Shown in pieces: positions 47,525-61,500 of a stretch of 64,000 nucleotides of DNA. A program made the position numbers and the translations under genes. The notes beneath the pieces were generated by a model. The model saw only the letters and a program-made list of their open reading frames with translations, had not been told where the DNA came from and made no database searches. Origin of the DNA: Selaginella moellendorffii (Eukaryota > Plantae > Lycopodiophyta); NCBI RefSeq assembly GCF_000143415.4, contig NW_003314267.1, positions 2,583,839 through 2,647,838 of the forward strand. The letters are read 5' to 3'. How positions within the stretch are numbered: the stretch's first letter is position 1; each line of letters begins with the position of its first letter.

Positions 47525-50500
47525 ACATGAGTATAAAGTTATCTATCAAAAAAATTGCTATTAAATTGAATTATATTATTTAATGTCAGTAATGTATTAG
47601 TTAGATTCACTAACTATTTGTAATAATACATCTAGAATTAATAAAATAAACCACCTTCTTATAATACTATTAATTTCTTAGTGTTAAGTATACTTTAGCT
47701 TTACTACTTTTTCATAAGTTAATGTTACAATCTTTGGACATTCATTTGATACCTAGTAGTCCCAGCAGAAGCCGCACGCAAAAGGGAAGGAACACCATGG
47801 TGAGAGCTCGGAGGGGGAATCTGATGGAATAGCAATGGATTTAAAGTTTTTACTTTTATGACAAATTTAGGTCTCATTATGAATATACTAAGTTTAATGC
47901 TAACATTTTATACTAAATTCATTTTACTGGTAGTGTTGTGTAACCAAGTGTAATCAATAGTGATATGCTTTTATTAACATGATTTTTTTTATAAAAAAAG
48001 ATTACTTATGGCTTATTTGCAAACCAAAAGAACAACTATCAAGGAAATCCCTCAAAACTCTTCACTAAGATACTTTCTAATATTTAATTCAGTTATATTA
48101 TAATTTCATTTCTCATAATAATCTTATATTTTCGGTCAAGTTCTATAGAATGAAATTTTGCATGCTTTAGTTATATATGCTAGGTCCACTTACAATATCA
48201 ATATATTCCTACCTTCATAAAATTTATGAATAAAAGTATTATTCATAAAATAAATCAAATTTACAAATATAACACTCCCAGTAGTGTGGATTTGGGACTT
48301 TTGGACACGTGTTACTTAGAAATTGTTGGGCTGTAACATTTCCCAGCTATAATGGATCTAAGATAGTGCTAATGAAATGAAAGTGTTAAAGATGGGTTTT
48401 ACAACATCACAAAATATAAGAATATTATAAGATAATATTGAAGAGTGAATTTGAATATTTAAAAAAAATTAATATTCGGCCTATAGAAGGTTTTTGGTTA
48501 AAAACCAGATAATGGATTTGGTATCTGAAGCAGGAAAGAAAATATAAAACAGGTTGCTACACTTTTGAGATATATATTAATATTAATATCCAAAAATAAT
48601 TTAGTTTTTAGTATTTAGAAGAATTTTTGGTGATATATATCTATAATAAAAATATACTTAAATTTTTAGTATTTTTAACTGTAAGAATAATTAAAACATT
48701 TTTAGTCTTCAAGATTATAGCTTTCTAGAATATCTATCTTAAAATTAATGTAAATCCCACCTTAATACATGCAATATATGATATTTTCCTAAATTTCTAT
48801 TTGAAAATTGTTTTTTATATTTTTATTATAAATTAATAGCTATATTTTATTGTCTTTAAAATAAAATATATGAAATAACATTATATTATCATGTATATAG
48901 TAGTATGTTACATGTAATTTTATAATTTTAATTTTTATATTCTTTATAATGTAGGTATCAAAAATCTAATTTATAATACCAAAGAAATTGAGAGGATAAA
49001 ATGCAATAAAAACAATTTACTCATAGATGATAAGCTGGATATAACAATGTAAATGCTTTTAAAATAAAATTAGAATAGAAACTAACCTAATAGTTTATTA
49101 TATATTGATAATGTAATTATAATATATAAAATAAAATAACTTATAAAAAACATGATGTAGATAGTAATGAGGTACACAACCCTAAAAAATTCCACAAGAT
49201 TTCTGCCATGTTTGAAAAGCAATTAAATTTTCACAAACCCAAAGAATTATAAACTACCAAACTAATAAGTGCCCTTGCTAATCTGACCAATGATAAGTTG
49301 TACCCATGAGATGATAGGTTATGTATGTCTTTGGTGGCATCACCAGATCAAAATCCAAAACTAGCATAAATTAGTTTGGAGAAGTTTTAATTTTAATTGC
49401 ATATTGAGTTAAATTTCTTTTAACATGCATAGTTTACGAAAGAAGAATAGAATTTTTATTATGTGTCTGGTTTTACATTTAAAAAAATACATAAGTAAAT
49501 TTATCTAGTTTGTTACCACATTTACATTAAACATCATAAGCTGGATATATTAAGAAAATATAAACTGACAAAATCTACGAAATACATAATAGCTACTTGC
49601 AATACAAGAGATGGTAAAATTCTTAACACATTTTATATATAAAGCCAAAAGTTTTGTATTATTTGAATAAATTTCTGAATTTAAACTTTTTGGGAGGTCA
49701 TTCAACCCCATACTATTAAAACTTTAAAATGTTTAACTTATAGTTTATTAAAACCCTTAACCTGAAAAAGAATTGTGTACTTTTGTTTAAAAAATATTGC
49801 CCTTTATATTTAAACTCTTATATATAATAATAGTAATCACAAAGCCTTTTATAAGATAAATCAAGTTTAAATATAATTAATTTCATTTTAATTTGTAATT
49901 ATTTATAAATAAATGAAAAAAAGAATAGCAGGAAAAAATAACCAGGAATCCCAGGAAGTAGATATAGAATTCTGTAAATGTAAATTAGTTTTCTGAAATA
50001 AAAATATACTTTAATGATTCAGTGAATTGATATTTGTTCTTTTTGAGGTTCTAAGTTATTTCCTGAATTTGTGTGGTCAATAGATTTAACATTTTTAAAT
50101 TGTCATAGCTTACCCAGACAAGTTTTGATTGAAGCCAAACAGGCACTACAGCCTTGAAGCCTTGTGTGAATTTTCCTTTAATCTCCACAATAAATAGTGG
50201 ACACTTCAAGCCTTTGGTTAGTTTACCTCTAATTCTGAAACAAAAGTGGATACTTTTGAGAAAGTTGATAGAAAAACACCCAGATTGGAAGAATAAACTC
50301 TAGCACAGCAATGGCTAAAAAACACTTCCACTGCGAAGTTAAAGAAGATAGCCTCAAGTGCTGTACAAGATGACGTTCTCTTTCCTTATCTGGACATTTG
50401 CTAGGCTTCTCCACATTAAAAATACTTTTGGTGAGCCAGTTTGGCAAAGAAAAAAAGAAACCTAGTCCACAATTCCAATAGCTCTGGATCCTTAAGGAAG

Positions 50501-51224
50501 TTTTGCCTAGAGCTCATGGAGGACTATAGAGCACAATTGGTCTGTGGCATACTGCCAAAAGTATCAGCATTTGGCTTCTTAGTGTAGAAAATATTTTTGA
50601 CAGTTAGAGAAAAGCATGAATGGCAACAGCATGGCCATGTCCTTCCCCGCCAAGGACATGACCGCATGGCAAGTGCTCAACCTCAAGCATGAATCTTGAC
50701 ATATCCACTCATGCTCTTGCCATTTGAAACAGGTAGCCCAGCATTCATGCTCCTAGCTGCGTTCCTAGCTTTCTTATTGCTTAGATTCCTAGTGTTTAAT
50801 GATACCATGCAGAGGTAGCTATGAGGTGCTGGTTTTTATCCTTTCAATGCTTCCACAGTAGAGTTCCTTTGCAAAGCCCTACTTTCAGAACATTGTTTTC
50901 TTTAGGGAAGAAGCACGTGGTCACGACAGCTCCCAGGATCAAAGAGTATCGCAGGGTTGAGTAATAGTTCTAAACAAGTTTTACTGCTCATTCAATCTGG
51001 ACGCCTGCTACTCAGTGAGAGAAGGATTGGAAATCTAGGAGACACTATCTATAGAGAGGTCTCTGTTGGAACCAGCAACGCTACAGGCTGGGTCCAGAAA
51101 AATGCTGTTATATCATGCCTCGAGAGGAGAGGACATCCAAGTTATAGCTGCCAAAAACAAGGTGACAGAAGATGAGGCTTTGGACAGCAATGAACAATGA
51201 GTCAGCAAGGGCTGCTGTGTGATG

Positions 51225-51645
51225 AGTCACACCTCTGGAGTTACTTCAGTTCAATCCCAAAGTGGCTCTTTGTGCCATATGATAGGCTTTTCTCTTGAAT
51301 GTATTGGTCCTAGAGAAAGTATTGGTCCTGTTATGTTATGAGTCTGGTCCTCGAAAAAAGGCCTCCAAGACTGCCAAGCAGTTTCTCACCATGGAATCCA
51401 ATGAAACTTTTAAAAGTGATGGCTAAGAGAAATCAAGATAGAGTCACTGACTTAGCTAAGTTCATGATCAATGTCTACAACAGTATCATGAGTGTGAGAG
51501 ATCTGATGAAACATGATGGAAGTGATCTCTTCAGCAAGATTGAGAGCTTTGTAAGTGGCAGCCGTGGTCTCCTCAGCCTTTTGAATGGCGTAGTCTTCCA
51601 GCTCCTGCATGCTCTCACCCTCTAGAGAATCAAAATGGACAAGTG
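51225..51645 (-). pseudogene. SNAP25/SNAP33-like SNARE gene fragment
   Basis: Minus-strand translation SMQELEDYAIQKAEETT...LAEEI, THDTVVDIDHELS and GEKLLGSLGGLFSRT resembles the plant SNAP33 first SNARE helix; deletions and stops present. Confidence 0.7.
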
Positions 51646-54268
51646 GGACAAGGGGTAGATTTCTAGACTATAAACATGCAAGGATCATGTAATCAGTTTT
51701 AAAACACTGCTTCCATATGTGATTGTTTCTGAGCGTTCACTTTTGCAAGCCTCAAAGTTTTTTCGCCAGAATCATTCCAAAGTACTTCTAATATTTTGTA
51801 TATTTAATTCGTTATCATAAATTTAAAGAGCTTCCTAATCATTCACAATTCAATGAGTGGGACATAATAAGATGAGGAAATAGAGAAACTTGATCCATTT
51901 CCACAGTTCCACTGGAAGCTAGACAGTGCCAGAGAGTGTTTTCTTTTTCATCTTGAGCAAAGCTTCCAATCAGACTTACAAAGCATACTTGACTCACTTA
52001 ATCTTTTAGAAAACAATACAAAAAAGAAGAAACAGGGCAAGAATGGAAAATTAGTTACTTGCTCCTACTTTGAGTCTGAAAATTGTAAGCGCTGCTGCTC
52101 CCATGACCTAAGCAGCAATGGTAAAACACAAGAGAAAAATAATATTTTTGTTCTTACAGTAGCAATGCTTCTATTGCAGTTTGGGATCTGCTAAAGGAAA
52201 TACCAAATGGTCTGCCAGTCAGTGTCATTGAGCGCACAAACCAACTAAGATATGTGATGAACATTAGATCTGTTGCTGTGTGAGCATGGGAGAACATTTG
52301 AATTGGAGCACGCATTGCTTTCATATTCACAATTCTGGCACTGGTGCGGTGATTTTCTGGTCAGAGAATAAATTAAAAGCTGTAACTCAAGCTGGAATAA
52401 GATATCAGACATATAGTTTTCAGACAATTTTATCTTTGAAGATATAGAATTGGTAATTGGATTTACTGAATCATGATCCATTGAAGGTTTTGAACTTATC
52501 TTTCTAAACAATTTAGATAGTCACTTACATAGCTTGCCTTTCAATGTGACAAGAGGGAGGATTGACATGCTTGCCATGATCCAAGGAGCTTATTTCAATT
52601 GGAAGGGACTCAAAGGTGCCATACTCCTGCAATAAAAATATGCGTGATGAAATGATGAACACAAATCATAGAGACACTTACATAGCACATAAAGAAGCAC
52701 TGAGTGTATGCATGAGCTTATCAAAGCTGATCAAAGCTGCTTGGATCAACAGCCCACCTTTGCAGAGATTGTCTGGAGACTACAAAAGTCTATTGATTCC
52801 CATTTGTAGCAGCTGTTGCCCAGGTAATTTGTCTTTAAAATAAGCAGTAGAAAGTCAAGACATGGAATCATCTTAAAGCATATCTTAAATCATCGATATG
52901 CTCTAGACTATCATTTCCTTTAGAGTTTCAAATTTCCTGGGGATGCAAAGAAAAGGTTAAGGACCATATATGATAATCAAGGGAATTGAAGGAATGGAAG
53001 TGGTTTACACATTATGGGTGTTGCATTGGTTCCTGATGCTCATTTTGGGGTAGTGCTCAAGTGGATGCTAGGAAATGCAGTAGAGAGGAGCAGGTAGCTT
53101 CTACTGTTCCATGTCCGATCTGTTGTCTGAACAATTGCAAATTCTGGTAAGTCACTCTTTAGAAATATCACTTGCATCTGACAAATTGCGTAAGTTGGGC
53201 GAGTACCTGTCTCACAAGTTTTGAAGGAAACACTTGCATTTATGGTGACCAAGGAGGCCAGACAGCAAACTTCTCAGGAGCTGCAAAATGTCTACAGACA
53301 TTTCAAAGTCCTATTGGCTTGCTGAAAACTCAAAGGAAACACTTGAATTACAGGTGAAAGTAGAATTCATTCTTGTAGAGAGTGATGATGTTGATAAGTC
53401 TCTGGTGGAGCAAATTGAGAACAGAGATAACATTTGTTCTTGAAGAGTCCTGAACAAACCTTCTGAAAGTACACAAGCTTGTTTCTTGCAATGTGACACA
53501 CAGTTTTAGTACTTTTCATCAGGAGATTGAGGTTGAGAGTTTCAGACTAAGTTCAGAAACATGCTCCATGCTCCATATTACTATATTGTGCAGTGCATAT
53601 TGAAATTCTTGAAATTGGTGTTGTTTAGGAATGCTTCACCACCACACTCATCACCACTGCAGAAATTTTTTCACTTGTCTGAAATTCATCTCCTGCTCAT
53701 CCGAGTGTGAGCCTCAATCTATTACTCATGCTTCCAGAAAAACTGCACAAAACCTAAAACTTGTGAAATGCAACAGTTTTTTCACTATCCTATATCTGAA
53801 TCTAGATTGGAATATGTTGTCTTTGCTCTTTTAAATATATAAAGCTCCGTTGGGAGATATAGTATACCCAAGATAAATAGATTTTCTTTTCATATTTTAT
53901 AATGTTAGACATTTTGATTGTATATAAGGTTAAATTTATGTAAAATTTTCTATTATTCATCTCTAGGGAAATGCACAATAATGCAATTAGATAATAATGC
54001 AAGTATTGGGGAAGATAAATTCCTTTTTTTTATCATCATTAAATTTGAATTTGAATTTTTTTATTGCCTTTATAAAGAGACTCATATAGATTTTATAGAT
54101 GCTCATGATAAAACTTAGTAGCATATAATATACACTAATTTATTCTATATTGCACTATTAGCTATAACTTTTCTATCCCAGTAAAGACTTATTTTGGTCC
54201 AAGCCAGCGGAATGAATAACAACAAACAAATGGTATATTCTAAGTATAACTCAAAGCAAACAAAAAAA

Positions 54269-56027
54269 TTAATAAACCCAAACCAGATACAAAGCTGAGT
54301 TACATTTCAATCTATATATATATATTATACCATCTACGCTAAAAGAGTACTTCCCATTTCCATCAACGCGGAGCGCTTCCTGAGCACTCAGGAACTCGTG
54401 CCGTAAAAGCTTAGCCTGAAACTCCTTGGCCTCGGGTGACAGGTCACGAAAGCTCTCCATAAGCCTTCCAACAAGATACAGATCGGAGGACCGCGTGTAG
54501 ACGCCATCGACCAATGTGTTGTCGTCCCAGGCGCGAAGCCAGCAACTGGGCGTACAGTCTGTCTTCCACACTGTCTCAAGATCGATAAGCATCCAGCTCC
54601 CATTACTAGCAGGAAGCTTGAGGATGTTTTTCCATCTGATGTCCCTGTGAACCAAGCCTGCCTGGTGCAACGCATGTAGGCCGTGAAGCGCGCTCTGAAT
54701 GGCCGGCCACAAGTCCTCTTCGCTGGAAATCATCTGCTCGTATCCCACCGACTGAATGACCACATTGTATCGTTCAGCCCTCACTTTGACGACACCTGAC
54801 ACCAGCCCCACAGCGCCAAGCCCGTACGCTTGCGTCACAAAAGCCGTCGTAGTGAATCCCNNNNNNNNNNNNNNNNNNNNNNNNNNNNNNNNNNNNNNNN
54901 NNNNNNNNNNNNNNNNNNNNNNNNNNNNNNNNNNNNNNNNNNNNNNNNNNNNNNNNNNNNNNNNNNNNNNNNNNAATGGCCTCGGCAGAAAATTCAGCTT
55001 GGAGTAGATGCTTGAAATTGTCAAGGCAATCCGAAGGAAGGTGATGGAGAGCCGTAAGCATGTTGTCTTGTCCCTGAGTGACCCCATGTTTAAGCGCCCA
55101 AACAGATCATCTGGTGTCTGCCCCTGTCTCATAGCCCACCCCGCCATCTCCGGACCTGCTAATGCGACCCCAACTATCCACTGGACGGGTCCATAGTACT
55201 GTAGTGGAAGTACGCCAAGCTTATTTATCAGGTCCTGGTACGCCTCTTCCAAAGTTACCCGTTTCTCCTCGAACGTGACGCACAGCCTGTTCAAGATCCA
55301 AAGCAGCAAATCAGGACTGACGTTTGTCGTTGAAGCACCAGAATGGTCGGTGACGTTCCGGTTGAACTGAATGCTCGTAATCTCCGACAGATACAGCAGC
55401 TCCATCCACAAGTTGCAAAATGCCGAGTCCCAGATACTTTGCAGCAGATTCTCGGACATGCCAAGCGCCACTCTCGAGTTCATGAAGTTTGTTACGCAAC
55501 CGGATATTCTCTCGGCGGGGTACTGGTTGGTCGGAATGAACTGAGTAGCATAGCTCGGGTCCAGAGTTGCATATGTAGCAGGACCAACAGGAAGCGGCAA
55601 AGGGAGTGGCTCCTCCAATGCTCTCCGCAAGCCAGCAACGTCGAGAACAGCAAACGGAAATGGTTGTAACACTGTGCGAGCCCATTCCTTGCTGTTATCA
55701 GAAGCATCTGTTTGAAATGTATGAGAACAGTAGCATGCCAAACAACATCAAACCTGTGAAGAGCGCCTTGCGGAGATGAAGCTCGAATGTTGGGGGCAGG
55801 TGTGCGCCAGGATCTGGCGTAGGAATTTCCATCCATCCCTTGGAGCTAAGGACCGCGTCCACTTTAAGAACTGTCTTGAGCCAGTTTACAAGGTCGCCCA
55901 AATTCTTGATGTCGGATGGCACGACCCGGAATGCTACCTTGGCACGCAGATCGTCCACATTCCTACCACGCTCCTCTGCCGGATGCACGTACACAATGCG
56001 CACGGGAGTCGAAAACACATCATCCAT
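54269..56027 (-). CDS. Crinkler-like REase plus protein kinase, copy 2 (open frame apart from an N gap)
   Basis: Near-identical to 23245-24920; same intron at ~55708-55753. RPD is changed to SPD, and a 10-bp deletion near the end alters the C-terminus. Confidence 0.75.
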
Positions 56028-56986
56028 TGCCTCGAGCCCTAACCAGAAAAAAGAATGAGCTCCCAACTTGGGGCCATCCTCCAAAGGCGACTCGTGGGTA
56101 ATTTGCAAGAGGAGGCTGTCGGTTGAGTGGGCCACAGTTGCCATGGTTTTGTTTCTTATTTGAAGGCTAATATTCAAACTTTTTTTATCAGCTTTTTATC
56201 TTATTTGTACATCATACATGTATACTCATTTTGTATACATGTATCTTACATCATTACTTTTGTATCATACTTATATATCATACTTCGTCTTCTTCAAGGA
56301 GGGAGCTCTTGTCCGTCCATGGAGTTCATGAATAATCAGCAGCACTAGACTTCCGATTCTCTTTTGCCTTCTTACGAAGAAGATGGTGATGATTTTCACC
56401 AAGGCATGGAATGACAATGGCAACAACATCAACATCAACTTCAAGTGTAAGGATGATCATTTAGATTCAAAAGATGAGGAGAAACAAAAGGAAGACAAGG
56501 AAGAAGAATGACAAGCAAGACAAGGATGAGAAGATTCCCTAGAAAATGTAATCCAAAAGAGCACAAGGAATAAAATTGTGGCTCCAATGTTAAATTTTTC
56601 CTAAGGCCGAATATTTCCGATGCTTTTGCATTTTGAAGAGCACGCACAAGATCACGTCTTCAAGCTTAAGATCCATCGAGTCGCACATTTAACGTGGTAG
56701 ATGCAAGACCATGTAATGATTAACTTTCAGTTCATTTAAAAAAATCCTATGGTGCACCCTAAAATTGATGAGGAACAGGATCGAGGGCGCGACGAGAAGG
56801 GGCGATCCGGGCTTACGCCCATTTTAAACCGCTACAACGGGCGGCTTTTAGCTTCATTCTACCTGACAACCGAATTCTTGCATGGACTTTGTATAAAATA
56901 AAATTTTGACAGTATAATTACGCAGCATGCTGGACCATATAAAATGAATCAAACCCAGTTTTAAATTCTCGTCTCACCACCTTTCA

Positions 56987-57414
56987 CAGGTTGCTCTAGC
57001 GTTTCTTTTGTTCGCCATATTCAAGGTTACTTTGGGACATCAAATCAAGAAGCAACATCATTGATATCAAAGTGGTGCTGATGCTGAAGGCTATTCCCAA
57101 ATCAATATGATGCCAATTGGGGAGAAAGCGTTGTTGAGGAGGCACTCGAGTTTAGGTCCGAGTATCAAGTCGACATTTCCCCGCACAAAGTGGTAGGCTA
57201 CAGAATAATTTTATCCTGAGGTAAATATACTGACCATTTTGCAGGTGCACGTAGCAAATGAATGCATATTCCATTCACATATGATCAGGTGTGCTCTAGG
57301 GTTTCTTTTGTCCGCCATATTCAAGGTTACTTTGGGACATCAAATCAAGAAGCAACATCAATGATATCAAAGTGGTGCTGATGCTGAAGGCTATTCCCAA
57401 ATCAATATGATGCC
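56987..57414 (+). repeat. ~128-bp near-identical direct repeat (56987-57114 and 57286-57414)
   Basis: Read directly; both copies start at CAG|G. Confidence 0.85.
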
Positions 57415-58559
57415 GAGAGGTAGGGCAGTTGAGCCAGCGGCTCTGACTGCTGGTGCAGTGGAAGAGCTGAATTTTGGTCCTCCTGAAGAGATCAAAGAAG
57501 AATTCGAACCAAAGTGCGGATGTTCATTTAGAGAAACGTCCTGGCACCAAAGGAATTTTGAACTGTTATTGTAGTCGCCACTTCGGTTGTTCGAGCGGAG
57601 AAACTCAAATGCCTGGAAAAAAGAGGAGTGCTTCTTTGGTTTTGCAAGACTTGTGGAGGCCGCCACGGTAGCCTGGTGGAGGCGCTCGCCGAGTACCTCC
57701 ACCAGCGCGGCAGCCTCCTCTTGCAAATTACCCACGAGTCCCATTTGGAGGCGCCGCCTCCAAAGGAAAACGCCCGAGCCAGGATGTCCCCAGGTCGGGC
57801 CGGACTTTGTCCGGTGGGCTGCTGGAGGCGTGGGAAATCTAGTCGAGCTCTTCGCCTTCTTCTTCTTTTCTTCGCGGCAAGGAGGAGAAAGAAAGCAGAC
57901 AAGCAAAAAAGTCTACCAAGCTCCACACACAGCCAGAAGCACATGAAAACAAAGATCTAATCACTCACCATGGGTGCCATCCAGATCCAGCTCCATCTAC
58001 GCCACAGCCAAAGAAACTCGTTAGAAGTAAGAAGAGCGCACACACACAAGCAATCCTCCCGAGCTCAACCTTTATATACACCTCCCGGCAGCTGATCTGG
58101 CATGCCGGCCGACCGCCTTGACCATCTGAGCTGGCTTGTCCCATTGATAAAAAATCGGGTATTTATTTTGGAAAACAAAAGATCAGCAAATTGGACATAT
58201 CACTTAAAACCAAGTCCTAAATGCTGTAACTTTGACAAACTTAGTCCATACCATGGAGGAGATTGATCGGATCGAGCACCTTAAGCAAGTTAGACGTCGC
58301 ACTGGTTGAAGGGAAGTGCCACTAGAACTTGCACCGCGCTTGCAAAAACAAAGAAGACTTGATGCCGGCGGATTTTTCCTCCCTTCTGTTTCCTTCAGAG
58401 AAGAAGGTAAGCCATCGTCGCCATCGTCGCCATCATCGTCGTTGTCTCGTCGCTTGTGTCTCGCCGTTTGTACATCCCGGAATTCTTCGGATGCTGCTCG
58501 GACCGTGTCCGTTGTTCAGAAGAGAACGAGCGTACGTCGAGTCCCTTCCCGGCTTTTCT

Positions 58560-61500
58560 CTAACCATTGTAATGCATGCGGTGCTGGGCCGGCTGCTGTT
58601 GATTCAACGGCTGTGTGTACTGCGTGAAGGGCTGCGAGTACATTGGCCCCATGAGACCCTGGAAAAATACAAGCTTTAGCTTCCTTGCTCGATTAATCAG
58701 CTCGTATTACCTGGTGGGCACCCAGACCGTAGTGAGCTTGAGCGGATGGATCATCTTGAGTGCGTTCGCCGAAGCCAACTTGGGTGAACAAGTTCTGTGA
58801 TCCATGAGACAGGAAGTCCTGTTGTTTGTATGTAGCACGGAAAATCAGTCAACCAAAAGAAAAACTCAAACGAACGAACGAACGAACCTGAGGTACAAAC
58901 TCGTTGTTTGAACCGTAACCTTGCGAATTCTGATTCATGTAATCGCCAGGGTACGTGCCTTGGGTTCCCTGGGTGACGAAATCAACCCCATACATACCGG
59001 CCTGGAAGAGAGACAATGATAAAATAAAATAAAAGAAAGATCGCAAGCAATGTCTACCTGTGTTGAAAATTCTGGTCCATTGTATCCCACATGAGAACCC
59101 TGAGATTTGAAATCCTCGGCCAGAAAATCCTGAAGAAAGAGGTTTAACGAATGACTAAATAATATCGAATCACAAAAACGCACCTGTGACATCCCTCCCA
59201 ATGAATATCCTTCCCTCAAATTCTGGCTCAAACCCTGTGATGGCATCCAAAAATTGTTAACAGCCCCGAGACAAAAGAAAATACATTACCTGAGTCATTA
59301 GTCCCTGCTGAGTAAGCGGCCCACCCATGGAAGGCTGGCTAGATGGATTGTCCAGTCCAAAGTTAAAGCCACCAATTCCTCCCAACCCTTGGGATGGTTG
59401 ATGATGGGATAGGTGGCCACCTATAGGTCCCCCGGCGTTGCCACGACCACCATAACCTCTATTCCCTGGAACTCCACCGATTGGTCCGTGAAGAGTACCG
59501 CGCGGTGGAATGGCGTAAGGCTGCGTATGCGGACCGCCGGGAAAAGGAGGAAGAGGCATCCGCGGTTGCGGGAAGCCAGGATGAGGAATGCCTCCTTTGT
59601 GAGGAATAGCACCAAATGGCATGTAGCCACCTACAAGGATAATCGGTGAATAATTCTCAATCTCACATAAAAATACACGAGTACCTCCACGACCGTCCAC
59701 AACTTTGCCACGACCACTGCGTTTATCGTATGGCCCTGCAGCGGCAGGAACAACTCCAACTCCAACAGGACCATAAACTCGTCGATCGTGGAAGATCTAC
59801 AAGACAAGTGCTAAAATGGAATAAATGCTCCAAACTACGTATACCTTTTTAGGCTTCTGAAACTGCACCATGCTTTGCTTCAAATTATTCAGAGGTCCCT
59901 CGACCAAGCATTCGTGCTCCTGAAAGTTAAAAGCGTTTTATCATGTGCAAATGTATGAATTTCCAGGTTTAGATACCTTGTAATGTGATAAGAGACCATT
60001 CCAAAGGGCTTGCTTACTCAGAACCTTGGGATTACCTAGGATAACAATTCCAAACCGAGCTCGAGTAAGCGCCACGTTCAATCTTCGGGGATCGTTCAGA
60101 AAACCAATGCCCTGTAAAGATCGATAAGATTTCATTGAGTTATAAAAGACGTGCACCTGATGTTCGTTGCTTCTAACACAGGATAATATGATGTAGTCCT
60201 TTTCACGTCCCTGAAAGGAGTCGACACTGGCGACCTGCATTTTCACTTCAGACAACACCGCACACCTACTAAGAAACACACCTCGATCTCTTTGTACAAC
60301 TGCTGTCGAAGGTTTCCATTTCTAGCCATATGGCTAACAATGTAGGCTCGCTGACCTTCGTATGGAGTGATAACACCAATCTACAGCGGATATAAACGTT
60401 TACTTCAAGGAATGCCCTTTGAACTTTGATATTTACCTGACTAGGTACAACACCACTCTTCAGGAACGTGCTCACGATTTTTTCGACATTGGCAGCCTCT
60501 GTCCTATTCAGGTAGGATGTCCCGCTTGCACTTATTTCCTCTTGGCCCATCTGAAGAACACGAAGGTCCTACTTCACAATAACAAACTTGAATTAAGACC
60601 CACCTGAACGTAGAAGAACATTGGACGTGTAGGAACAGGCCATGGGAAGTCAGTACCAGATGAAAGCCTCTCGTTCATTGAAATGCCGTTTTGCAGTGTT
60701 CCTTCGTAAAAGCTATTGGAGGGAAACTCGGACAAGCAAGGGTGCATTCGATATTGCACCTGTAACACAATGTCCTTCAGACCGTAGATAAACAGCTTTG
60801 AAGTAACATACCTGAAGACGAATGGGTTTTACTCCCAAAAGTACAAGCCTTTCAAACAGTGATTGTGCCAGACCAGCACGCGCTGCTTTTTTGCACATAA
60901 TCACAGGTCCTAGTTGACAGTGATCGCCGACAAGAACAACCTACAGAGACTCGAGGTTTTGAAAAAACTCAATCCAATAAGTCATACTGACCTGCTTAGC
61001 ACCCAGAACCAGAGGAATAAGGCATTCCGGTTCAGTTGCTTGAGTCGACTCATCGATGAGAACCTAGAAACAAAATTATCAGGAAAAAACAAAATTTCGA
61101 TTCAAAATACCTGTCGAAATCTGAAGTTTGCGAGGCGAGGATCTCCAGCACCAACACAAGTACAGCATATAATATCAGCACTTTGGGCAATTTCACGCTC
61201 TGTTGCCCTTTTCAAAGCTTTGTATTTCTTTTCATCGGCACTTGAAAGCTCGCCTGTATATAAATATATTCAAAAAAACATTTGGTTGTGCATCTTTGCT
61301 CACCTTGTTCATCTTTCAGCATTTGCAGCTTGTGTAGTTCACTTTTATCAGATGTATCCAAGTGTCTAACCTGAAAAAGGCTTTATTAGATTTTTGAAAT
61401 GATCTCCAAATGCACAAACCTGATAATGTAAAGTAAGATGTTCGACAGGCGAACTGACAGCTTCTCTGGACTTCGCACATAGCCGCACAACCTGTCCAGA

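Noticed and set aside
47530-50100. AT-rich stretch as an organellar insertion or Helitron
   Set aside because: No recognisable genes or termini.
57391-57960. Overlapping 110-170 aa ORFs as a gene
   Set aside because: GC-rich sequence open on both strands with no recognisable domain.
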